35,704 nt of DNA from Massilibacteroides sp. (GTDB lineage Bacteria > Bacteroidota > Bacteroidia > Bacteroidales > Tannerellaceae), in NCBI GenBank assembly GCA_036781995.1, contig DAIPZX010000001.1, positions 1-35,704 of the forward strand, given 5' to 3'. The notes below the pieces were generated by a model. It saw only the letters and a list, made by a program, of their open reading frames with translations, ran no database searches and was not told the origin of the DNA. Both the position numbers and the translations under genes were made by a program. Below are positions 20,266-28,004 of the stretch, piece after piece. How positions within the stretch are numbered: position 1 is the stretch's first letter; the number at the start of each line of letters is the position of its first letter.

Positions 20266-20325
20266 AAATATAATAGAAATATAAGGAACGATTTACGGGA
20301 AAAGAAACTGTTTTATTTACTTTTG
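20266..20325 (+). promoter_or_regulatory. Orphan divergent promoter mirroring the RND promoter
   Basis: AAATATAA at 20266 and 20277, then 33 nt, then TACTTTTG (20318-20325). The spacing is identical to the minus-strand RND promoter. Confidence 0.55.
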
Positions 20326-20426
20326 CCCTTTTGCTAAATGTGAAATGAATCTGTTTTGAATTTATTCTCTACTAATTTTTAAGTATAATTTGGAATCAGG
20401 TAGAATCCGGTTACTGTTAAGAAAAA

Positions 20427-20492
20427 ATGACATGTAAAAAAACAGCCGGTCTGATCTATTTAATTCATGACTACACTCTTTTTCTGCAATGA
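20427..20492 (+). CDS. Candidate 21-aa small ORF or gene remnant (MTCKKTAGLIYLIHDYTLFLQ)
   Basis: ATG preceded by A-rich TTAAGAAAAA, about 100 nt downstream of the orphan -7 box. The basic-then-hydrophobic N-terminus runs into the family B repeat array. Short enough to be chance. Confidence 0.25.
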   Translation: MTCKKTAGLIYLIHDYTLFLQ

Positions 20493-20546
20493 GTGTACTC
20501 ATTTTTCTAAACGAGTATACTCATTTAGAAAAATGACTATAGGGCA
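20467..20546. repeat. 22-bp-period palindromic repeat array, family B
   Basis: 14-bp cores ATGACTACACTCTT (20467), ATGAGTGTACTCAT (20489), ACGAGTATACTCAT (20511) and ATGACTATAGGGCA (20533). 38-bp palindrome 20499-20536 with one mismatch. Confidence 0.88.
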
Positions 20547-20668
20547 GGTTTGAGAGGTCGTGGCAAACGTGTGTGTTACCTGTCTCTATTTAATACTCTG
20601 TCGCCTGCTTTTTTACATTTAATAACAAATAGGGTCAAAATGACAATTCAAACGACTTACTGTCGCAA

Positions 20669-20822
20669 CAGGATAAACGCGTTAAAAAAATAGCCTCGTC
20701 ATGCTATGGGATGTAGGTTAGATAAAAACACCGCATCTGCCGGACATTTATAAACACCGCCTCGTCATTGCGAACGCAGTGACGAGGCTATTTTAGATGT
20801 TATTTTAAATGCGTTTGCCCTG
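20669..20822. mobile_element. 154-bp MITE-like element with bipartite terminal inverted repeats (possibly ISAs1-derived)
   Basis: Left end CAGGATAAACGCGTT versus right end (revcomp) CAGGGCAAACGCATT; perfect inner 15-bp IR AAAATAGCCTCGTCA (20687-20701 / 20780-20794). No transposase and no obvious target duplication. Confidence 0.6.
20759..20794 (+). terminator. Strong hairpin with a short U-rich tail (possible intrinsic terminator)
   Basis: GCCTCGTCATTGCG-AA-CGCAGTGACGAGGC (14-bp arms, one G-U) followed by TATTTT. Confidence 0.4.
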
Positions 20823-20865
20823 TACATCACTTTGGATTGCTTCGTCATGTTTGTGAGATAATTTG

Positions 20866-20873
20866 TATCTTTG
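20866..20873 (+). promoter_or_regulatory. -7 promoter element for the transglutaminase-like/M16 operon
   Basis: TATCTTTG, 46 nt upstream of ATG 20920. Confidence 0.7.
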
Positions 20874-20919
20874 TGACAGAATAATTTATAAATCCAGTTA
20901 TATAGATACTTAATTGTAT

Positions 20920-23580
20920 ATGAAGAAGACTATTTTATCCTCATTACTCTTTTCTTTTGTTTTATTGGGGTGTGGCAAAAAAGAGCAACACTTTATTACT
21001 GATCATGCGTTTAGAACAAAGGTGGAGACCGATTTTAACGCTAAGCAGACTGCGTTTCCTCACGGCGATCTTTTTTCTGTTTTCCAGAACGAAATGACGC
21101 CTCAGGAGAAAGAGGCACTTATGTTTCTTTATGCTTATATGCCGATTGGGGATATAACCGACTATGATGCCGATCTTTATTTGAATAGTGTGCGCACTGC
21201 GTTTAAAGCGAAGGAGGAAATGCCATGGGGAAAGAGCATACCTGAAGATATGTTTCGCCATTTTGTTTTGCCGATCCGCGTGAATAATGAGAATCTGGAT
21301 GAAAGCCGGATGGTCTTTTATGATGAACTGAAGGATCGAGTGAAGGGATTGTCCTTATATGATGCCGTGTTGGAAGTAAATCACTGGTGTCATGAAAAAG
21401 TGATTTATACCCCTTCCGATGCTCGCACGAGTTCGGCGTTGGCTTCTGTAAGAACGGCTTATGGGCGTTGTGGAGAAGAATCTACTTTTACTACGGCTGC
21501 GCTGCGTGCGGTAGGTATTCCTGCCCGTCAGGTGTATACGCCTCGCTGGGCGCATACGGATGATAATCACGCCTGGGTTGAGGCCTGGGTAGATGGCAAA
21601 TGGCTTTTCTTAGGTGCCTGCGAGCCGGAACCCATTCTGAATTTAGGTTGGTTTAATGGTCCGGCTTATCGCGGAATGCTGATGCATACGAAAGTGTTCG
21701 GACATTATAACGGTCCGGAAGAGGTGATGGAGGTAACAGATGGTTATACGGAAATAAATGTAATAGATAATTACGCGCCAACTGCAAAATCAATCGTAAC
21801 GGTTGTAGATGCGGAAGGGAAGCCTGTTGCTGGCGTAACAGTCGAGTTTAAACTGTATAACTATGCTCAGTTTACGACAGTTGCCCGCAAAACAACAGAC
21901 GTGGAAGGTAAAACTTTCCTTTCTGCCGGAAAGGGCGATATGCTTGCCTGGGCATCTAAAGACGGACGGTTCGGTTATCAGAAGATATCTTTTGGTAAAG
22001 ATGAACAAGTAACGATTGTATTGGACAAGCAGCCGGGCGATCTGGCAGCAGTTGAGTTGGATGTTGTCCCTCCTGTAGACGGAGCTATTCCGGCTGAGGT
22101 AACCGAAGAGCAAAAGGCGGAAAATACTAAACGTATGCTTGAAGAAGACGAAATCCGTAATGCGTATGTGGCTACATTCTATACAGAAGAGAAAGCGGCT
22201 GCTTTGGCAAAAGAATTAAATATAGACACAGAAAAAACGACCGCTTTTCTGCTGGGTAGTCGCGGTAACTGGAAAGAAATAGAAACATTCCTTCGTGAAA
22301 CACCTGCCGGTGAACGGGCTAAGGCGCTTGAACTGTTGCGTGTGGTTTCTGCTAAGGACTTGAGGGATACACCGGCTTCTGTTTTACGCGATCACTTACA
22401 GAATAGTCAGCCGGCCGATCCGAAACTGTTTGCAGCGTACGTGCTTAATCCTCGTGTTGCCAACGAACTGATTACCGGCTATAAGGCGTTCTTCCAAAAA
22501 GAAGTAGATACCGCGCTGGCGGAACAGGCAAAAGCGGATCCGATGGTGTTGGTGGATTGGGTGAAAAAGAATATAACAGTCAATAACGCACTGAATCCGC
22601 AAAACATTCCGGTGATGCCGATGGGCGTATGGAAAGGCCGGGTGGCAGATGTACAGTCTCGCACGATTTTCTTTATATCGCTTGCCCGTAGTTTGGGTAT
22701 TCCCGCACGGATTGAGCCGGTTGCGCAGAAAATACAATTCAATAAGGACGGTCGTTGGGTTGACGTGGATTTTGAAGCAGCAGAACAGGTGATCGCCCGT
22801 CAGGGTAAGGTTGTTGCTTCGTATAAGGCGATCAAATCACTCGATAATCCGAAATATTACAGTCATTTTACGCTGGCTAAAGTGCGTCGGGACGGAACGT
22901 TGCAGACGCTTAATTTCAGAAGTAACGCGAATGTGGATATGGGCTTGGGTAACACCTGGGCAGGAATTCTGAGAGAACCGCTTACTTTGGACGAAGGGAA
23001 TTATATGTTGACCACGGGTACACGCATGGCGAATGGCAGTGTGCTGGCTGAGATCAGATTCTTTAATATTGAAGCCGGAAAAACAACGAAAACAGAATTA
23101 GTCATGCGTGAAAGTGCAGACGAAATACAGGTAATCGGAAGCATGGATGCTGAAGGTAAATTCAAGCGTGCCGATACCGGCGAAGAGGTAAGTATCCTTT
23201 CAACTACGGGGCGCGGCTACTTTATTGTAGGTATCCTGGGCACTCGTCAGGAACCCACAAACCATGCGATGCGTGATATCGCTCAGTTTGCGAAAGATTT
23301 TGACGGTTGGGGACGGAGCATGGTCTTGCTGTTTAAAGACGAACAAGGCTGGACTAATTTTGATGCAAAGGAATTCGGAACACTTCCTCAAACCATTACT
23401 TATGGTATTGATACGGATCAGACAATTACCAATATGCTGGTAAAAGGGGCGAATTTACCGAATGGAAACACATTGCCTGTATTCGTTATTGCCGATACTT
23501 TCGGACGAATTGTATTCGTTTCGCAAGGCTATACCATCGGGCTGGGCGAACAAATGATGAAAGTAATACATAAGTTGTAA
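20920..23580 (+). CDS. Transglutaminase-like domain lipoprotein
   Basis: ATG 20920 (MKKTIL), lipobox LLGC. First TG-like core GRCGEES...ALRAVGIPAR...NHAWVEAW; second, degenerate core (SRTIFFISLARSLGIPARIE) lacks the catalytic Cys. Confidence 0.88.
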   Translation: MKKTILSSLLFSFVLLGCGKKEQHFITDHAFRTKVETDFNAKQTAFPHGDLFSVFQNEMTPQEKEALMFLYAYMPIGDITDYDADLYLNSVRTAFKAKEEMPWGKSIPEDMFRHFVLPIRVNNENLDESRMVFYDELKDRVKGLSLYDAVLEVNHWCHEKVIYTPSDARTSSALASVRTAYGRCGEESTFTTAALRAVGIPARQVYTPRWAHTDDNHAWVEAWVDGKWLFLGACEPEPILNLGWFNGPAYRGMLMHTKVFGHYNGPEEVMEVTDGYTEINVIDNYAPTAKSIVTVVDAEGKPVAGVTVEFKLYNYAQFTTVARKTTDVEGKTFLSAGKGDMLAWASKDGRFGYQKISFGKDEQVTIVLDKQPGDLAAVELDVVPPVDGAIPAEVTEEQKAENTKRMLEEDEIRNAYVATFYTEEKAAALAKELNIDTEKTTAFLLGSRGNWKEIETFLRETPAGERAKALELLRVVSAKDLRDTPASVLRDHLQNSQPADPKLFAAYVLNPRVANELITGYKAFFQKEVDTALAEQAKADPMVLVDWVKKNITVNNALNPQNIPVMPMGVWKGRVADVQSRTIFFISLARSLGIPARIEPVAQKIQFNKDGRWVDVDFEAAEQVIARQGKVVASYKAIKSLDNPKYYSHFTLAKVRRDGTLQTLNFRSNANVDMGLGNTWAGILREPLTLDEGNYMLTTGTRMANGSVLAEIRFFNIEAGKTTKTELVMRESADEIQVIGSMDAEGKFKRADTGEEVSILSTTGRGYFIVGILGTRQEPTNHAMRDIAQFAKDFDGWGRSMVLLFKDEQGWTNFDAKEFGTLPQTITYGIDTDQTITNMLVKGANLPNGNTLPVFVIADTFGRIVFVSQGYTIGLGEQMMKVIHKL

Positions 23581-23589
23581 TTTGACCGT

Positions 23590-24810
23590 ATGAGCTATTT
23601 AAGCCATGTGTTGTCCAACGGACTTCGCATAGTACACTTGCCGACGGATTCGCCCGTATCTTATTGTGGATACGCTATCAATGCCGGAACCCGTGATGAA
23701 GGGCCGGGCGAATTCGGTTTGGCTCACTTTGTGGAGCACATGCTGTTTAAGGGAACCCGTAAACGGAAATCCTGGCATATTCTGAACCGCATGGAAAATG
23801 TAGGTGGCGAACTAAACGCTTACACCACCAAGGAGGAAACTTTTGTTTACTCCATTTTCATGGAAGAACAGTATAACAGGGCTTTTGAACTATTGACCGA
23901 TCTGGTCTTTAGTTCGCAGTTTCCCATGTCTGAAATAGAGAAAGAAGTAGACGTTATTCTGGATGAGATCAATTCATATAAAGACAGTCCGTCGGAACTG
24001 ATCTACGATGAGTTTGAGAATCACTTGTTCAACGGACATACACTCGGGCATAATATTTTGGGCGATGAAGAATCGCTTCTTTCATTTAATTCTGCCTCCG
24101 GAAAAAACTTTATTCAACGTTTTTATGTGCCGTCCAATATGGTTTTCTTTTCGATGGGGCGCAAGCCGTTTCCTAAGCTTATCAAAATGGCGGAAGCTGC
24201 GTTGTCCGATTTTTCTTTCCCTGCCTTTTCCCATATCAGAAAAGCCCCGGATAGTATTGCTGTATTCTCTCGTACAGAAAGGCAGGACAACCATCAAACC
24301 CACGTTTTGATCGGGGGAAAAGCGTATGATATGTACAGTGCAAAACGCGTGCCTCTGTTTTTGCTCAATAATATAATTGGCGGACCGGGCATGAATAACC
24401 GTCTGAATGTATCGCTGCGCGAGAAAAATGGACTGGTCTATACCGTAGATTCGGGAATCACGAGTTATACGGATACCGGAATGGCTTCCATCTATTTCGG
24501 AACAGATCCGAAGAATAGGAAGAAAGCTTTCTCTTTAGTGTATAAAGAACTGAAAAAATTGCGGGAAAGAAAACTAACAGACAGCCAACTGGCGGCAGCA
24601 AAGAAGCAGATGATAGGACAGCTAAGCGTCTCCGGTGATAATAAGGAAGGTCTTTTCCTGGGACTTGGCAAAAGTTTTCTCCACCACAATCGCTATGACA
24701 CCCTCTCCGAAGCGATTGAAAAGATCGAAAAAATTACCGCAGACCAACTGCTCGAAGTTGCAAACGAAATTTTCGCCGAGGATAACTTGTCTACGTTGAT
24801 ATATGAATAA
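23590..24810 (+). CDS. M16 family zinc metallopeptidase
   Basis: LSNGLRIV, GTRDE, inverted zinc motif HFVEH, LNAYTTKEET and LREKNGLVY. Confidence 0.95.
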   Translation: MSYLSHVLSNGLRIVHLPTDSPVSYCGYAINAGTRDEGPGEFGLAHFVEHMLFKGTRKRKSWHILNRMENVGGELNAYTTKEETFVYSIFMEEQYNRAFELLTDLVFSSQFPMSEIEKEVDVILDEINSYKDSPSELIYDEFENHLFNGHTLGHNILGDEESLLSFNSASGKNFIQRFYVPSNMVFFSMGRKPFPKLIKMAEAALSDFSFPAFSHIRKAPDSIAVFSRTERQDNHQTHVLIGGKAYDMYSAKRVPLFLLNNIIGGPGMNNRLNVSLREKNGLVYTVDSGITSYTDTGMASIYFGTDPKNRKKAFSLVYKELKKLRERKLTDSQLAAAKKQMIGQLSVSGDNKEGLFLGLGKSFLHHNRYDTLSEAIEKIEKITADQLLEVANEIFAEDNLSTLIYE

Positions 24811-24827
24811 ATAAGCGGTATTATGAA

Positions 24828-24865
24828 TTTACCCCTAAGTTCCCTTCAGGGGATTTAGGGGTAAA
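24828..24865. terminator. Hairpin between convergent genes (bidirectional terminator / REP-like palindrome)
   Basis: TTTACCCCTAAGTTCCCT-TC-AGGGGATTTAGGGGTAAA: 18-bp arms with two G-U pairs, between the M16 and Mrp stop codons. Confidence 0.7.
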
Positions 24866-24870
24866 GGATT

Positions 24871-25980
24871 TTACTTAACCGTTACGATTACCCGTTGGGT
24901 GGGGTCTTGATTTTGATTGCGTTCATCTACTTTGACAACAATATTTTCGGCTAATGCGCGGAACGCGGATCCGGTGATTGTGTCCGGGTTTAAGGCTACG
25001 GGTTTGCCGTTGTCGCCTCCTTCACAGATGCTTTGTACGATGGGGATTTGACCCAGCAGGGGAACGTTGAGCTCTTCTGCCAGTCGTTTGCAACCTTCTT
25101 TCCCGAAAATATAATATTTGTTTTCCGGTAGTTCGGCCGGCGTGAACCAAGCCATATTTTCAATTAATCCAAGTACGGGAACATCTATTTTCTCACCCAT
25201 AAACATGTTGATTCCTTTACGCGCATCGGCAAGAGCTACCTCTTGGGGCGTGCTGATTACAACTGCGCCGGTGATACCTAATGTCTGCACTAAGGTCAGG
25301 TGAATATCGCTTGTGCCCGGAGGAAGGTCAATCAGAAAATAGTCCAGTTCACCCCAGTTGGCATCGCGTATCAATTGCTTTAGGGCATTGCTTGCCATAG
25401 AACCACGCCATAAAACCGCATCGTTTTTGTTGACAAAGAAACCGATGGAAAGGAGTTTTACGCCATAGTTTTCTGCCGGTTGGATAAGTTCCCTGCCATT
25501 TACCTCCTCCATATAAGGGCGAGCATTTTCCACGTTAAACATCTTAGGTTGTGAAGGACCAAAAATATCGGCATCCAATAGTCCCACTTTATACCCTAAT
25601 CCGGCAAGTGCGACAGCTAAGTTGGCCGCGACCGTGCTTTTCCCGACTCCTCCCTTACCTGATGAAATGGCGATGATGTTCTTTACATCCGGTAGTAGTT
25701 CATCCGGTTCGGGGCGTACAATTTCGGGTGCAACGGCACGTATATTCCCTTTAATTTCCACCTCAGGACTGATGTAGGTAAGTATGGCGGTTTCGGCGGC
25801 TTTAATGACCGACTTGATGAACGGATCGTTTGGTTTTTCGAATACAATGGAGAAGCTGACTTTCATACCTTCAATCCGGATATCGTCTTCCACCATTCCT
25901 GCGGATACCAGATCTTTACCGTTTCCGGGGTAGCGCACTTTTTCCAATGCGTCCATGATTAGTTTAGGATATATTTTCAT
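24871..25980 (-). CDS. mrp: Mrp/NBP35 (ApbC-like) P-loop ATPase, Fe-S carrier family
   Basis: N-terminal DUF59-like domain; SSGKGGVGKST, DADIFGPS, WRG, DLPPGTSD, STPQ and ENM. Confidence 0.93.
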   Translation of the reverse strand: MKIYPKLIMDALEKVRYPGNGKDLVSAGMVEDDIRIEGMKVSFSIVFEKPNDPFIKSVIKAAETAILTYISPEVEIKGNIRAVAPEIVRPEPDELLPDVKNIIAISSGKGGVGKSTVAANLAVALAGLGYKVGLLDADIFGPSQPKMFNVENARPYMEEVNGRELIQPAENYGVKLLSIGFFVNKNDAVLWRGSMASNALKQLIRDANWGELDYFLIDLPPGTSDIHLTLVQTLGITGAVVISTPQEVALADARKGINMFMGEKIDVPVLGLIENMAWFTPAELPENKYYIFGKEGCKRLAEELNVPLLGQIPIVQSICEGGDNGKPVALNPDTITGSAFRALAENIVVKVDERNQNQDPTQRVIVTVK

Positions 25981-26011
25981 GTTATTTCTGTTTTTAATAT
26001 GACTTTATTGT

Positions 26012-26770
26012 TTATCTACCTGACGCCAATGCGCTTCGTTTGCTCCTGTTGAAGCTACGGTAGGCATCGTATTCAATTTCCTCTTCAGGCTCGACAAGAT
26101 TTTCACGTTCTTCGCAAACAAACCGGATGTATTTTATATTCAAACCTCTGTCTAACCATTGCTGTTCGTAGTACGTTTTTATTCCCAGAATCGGATCGGT
26201 CGAATCGCTATGGTATAAATCTTCTGTCTGAAACAGTACGGGATACTTGTTTGCCTCTGCCATTTTCACTGTGTAGGTGTACATGAAGTTGCTGTCTGTT
26301 TTCAGATGAACAATGCCATCTCCGGCAAGAATTTCTCTGTAAAGCTTCATAAACCGGGTAGAGGTAAGCCGCTTGCTTGCCTTCTTCATTTGTGGATCGG
26401 GGAAGGTAATCCATATCTCCGATACTTCTCCCGTTGCGAAAAAGCGATTAATAAGTTCGATATTCGTACGCAGAAAAGCAACGTTGGTCATTCCCGTTTC
26501 ATGAGACTCTTTCGCTCCGCTCCACATCCGGGCTCCTTTGATGTCCACTCCGATAAAGTTTTTATCCGGGAAAAGTTTTCCCAATCCTACAGTATATTCA
26601 CCCTTTCCACATCCTAATTCCAGTACGATCGGGTTGTTATTCTTGAAAAAACGTTCATGCCAATACCCTTGCAGTCCGAAGCCTTCTGCCTCAAGCACAG
26701 AGAAAGGGTATTGAAAAACGTGCGGGTATTCCGCCATATCGTCAAACTTTGCTAATTTATTCTTTCCCAT
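26012..26770 (-). CDS. trmB: tRNA (guanine-N7)-methyltransferase
   Basis: [32 protein letters not shown] and KTYYE. Confidence 0.96.
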   Translation of the reverse strand: MGKNKLAKFDDMAEYPHVFQYPFSVLEAEGFGLQGYWHERFFKNNNPIVLELGCGKGEYTVGLGKLFPDKNFIGVDIKGARMWSGAKESHETGMTNVAFLRTNIELINRFFATGEVSEIWITFPDPQMKKASKRLTSTRFMKLYREILAGDGIVHLKTDSNFMYTYTVKMAEANKYPVLFQTEDLYHSDSTDPILGIKTYYEQQWLDRGLNIKYIRFVCEERENLVEPEEEIEYDAYRSFNRSKRSALASGR

Positions 26771-26774
26771 ACTG

Positions 26775-26782
26775 CAAAGATA
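26775..26782 (-). promoter_or_regulatory. -7 promoter element of trmB-mrp
   Basis: Minus strand TATCTTTG-CAGT-ATG; only 4 nt separate the box from the start codon. Confidence 0.7.
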
Positions 26783-26858
26783 ATAGTAAGCTTTGAATGT
26801 TCAATAGATTACGATCTTTCCGAAAGATAGCTAAATAACATAATTTCCAACTTTTGCA

Positions 26859-26878
26859 AGTGTAATAAATATTACACT
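26859..26878. promoter_or_regulatory. Crp/Fnr-type (HcpR-like) operator upstream of the nrf operon
   Basis: Perfect AGTGTAAT-AAAT-ATTACACT; TGTAA-N6-TTACA has Crp-family geometry, and a Crp/Fnr gene ends the cluster. Confidence 0.72.
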
Positions 26879-26947
26879 GATTTTGTTGAAAAAGCTCATT
26901 CTTTGTATTACAAAAATTGAAGTGTAATTATAAAAACAGATTGTGCC

Positions 26948-27985
26948 ATGAACAGAGTTGCTTTTTTTCTCTTATTATCATGCCTTTTGGGTGGTACGGC
27001 ATTTTCTCAGGAAGAGCCTATCAGGAAGCTTTTTAATTCTCCTTATCTTCAATTGGGCGGTAACGGACAATTAATGTATAGATACTCAGATGTAGATGAG
27101 ATACATCATGATACGAAAGCCAAGAATTTGTTTCTTTCTGTAAACGGGAAACTGAATGATTCGTTCAGATATGGTTTTTTGTTGGAGCTTGTTAATCCTT
27201 CAGTTCAGGAATTTTGGGGTGAATGGACAGCGAACCAGGCTTTTAATCTGAAGGTGGGACAATTCAAAAGTCCATTTACCCTTGAAAGCCAGCTTGTGCC
27301 CGCTACTTTGGAAACAGCCTCCTATTCCAGAACAATCTCCAATCTTGTGGGATATGCCGGAGAAGATGATGTGTTAAGGGCACAGAACGGTAAGAATAAT
27401 TTTGGACGAGATGCCGGAATAATGGCTTCCGGAGAGTTAATCCCTCTGTCAAGCCATAATTTGATCCGGTATTCTGTAGGTTTATTCCAGGGTACGGGGG
27501 TGACTACCGGTGAGGTCAACAATAACAAAGATTTTGCCGGCATGTTGCTGATCAAACCTGTGAAAGAACTTCGTGTCGGTGGTGGCGCTTATTTTGGACA
27601 GGCTACGTATTTCAAAGTCGGCGAGGAAACGTTGAGCGATCACGTGCGTAACAGATGGTTTTTGAGCGCAGACTATAATTCTGACCGCTTTTCAGCTCGT
27701 GCGGAATGGGTTAACGGTAACGATGGAGGAATAAAAAAAGAGGGCGTTTACGCATTGGCCCTTTACTCGATTCTTCCCGGAAAACTGAATGTGTTGGGCA
27801 AGGTAGACTATTATAACCGGAATAAAGATGTTAACGCTGATGTTTTTGATTATACATGTGGAATAAATTACTATTTTTATCCGCAGTGTAGGGTGCAGTT
27901 GAATTATACGTACTCGGATTATTCGGAAAAATGGGGTGCCAAGAATTCAAATGTGGTGTTTGCGCAATTACAGGTTGCCTTTTAA
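26948..27985 (+). CDS. Outer-membrane porin, OprO/OprP-like
   Basis: Signal peptide (AFS-QE), GQFKSPF and GRDAG motifs, alternating beta-strand pattern and a terminal Phe (QLQVAF). Confidence 0.78.
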   Translation: MNRVAFFLLLSCLLGGTAFSQEEPIRKLFNSPYLQLGGNGQLMYRYSDVDEIHHDTKAKNLFLSVNGKLNDSFRYGFLLELVNPSVQEFWGEWTANQAFNLKVGQFKSPFTLESQLVPATLETASYSRTISNLVGYAGEDDVLRAQNGKNNFGRDAGIMASGELIPLSSHNLIRYSVGLFQGTGVTTGEVNNNKDFAGMLLIKPVKELRVGGGAYFGQATYFKVGEETLSDHVRNRWFLSADYNSDRFSARAEWVNGNDGGIKKEGVYALALYSILPGKLNVLGKVDYYNRNKDVNADVFDYTCGINYYFYPQCRVQLNYTYSDYSEKWGAKNSNVVFAQLQVAF

Positions 27986-28004
27986 TACAAAAATATATGT
28001 AAGC

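Noticed and set aside
20152..20288. 12-bp inverted repeat TTCCTTATATTT / AAATATAAGGAA as an invertible promoter
   Set aside because: Both consensus -7 boxes lie outside the bracketed segment and no recombinase is nearby. The repeats are better explained as mirrored activator sites. Read-orientation data would settle it.
10346..20822. Genomic island spanning the thioredoxin-RND block
   Set aside because: It is bounded by repeat-rich spacers, but there is no integrase, tRNA or flanking direct repeat. Comparative genomics would be needed.
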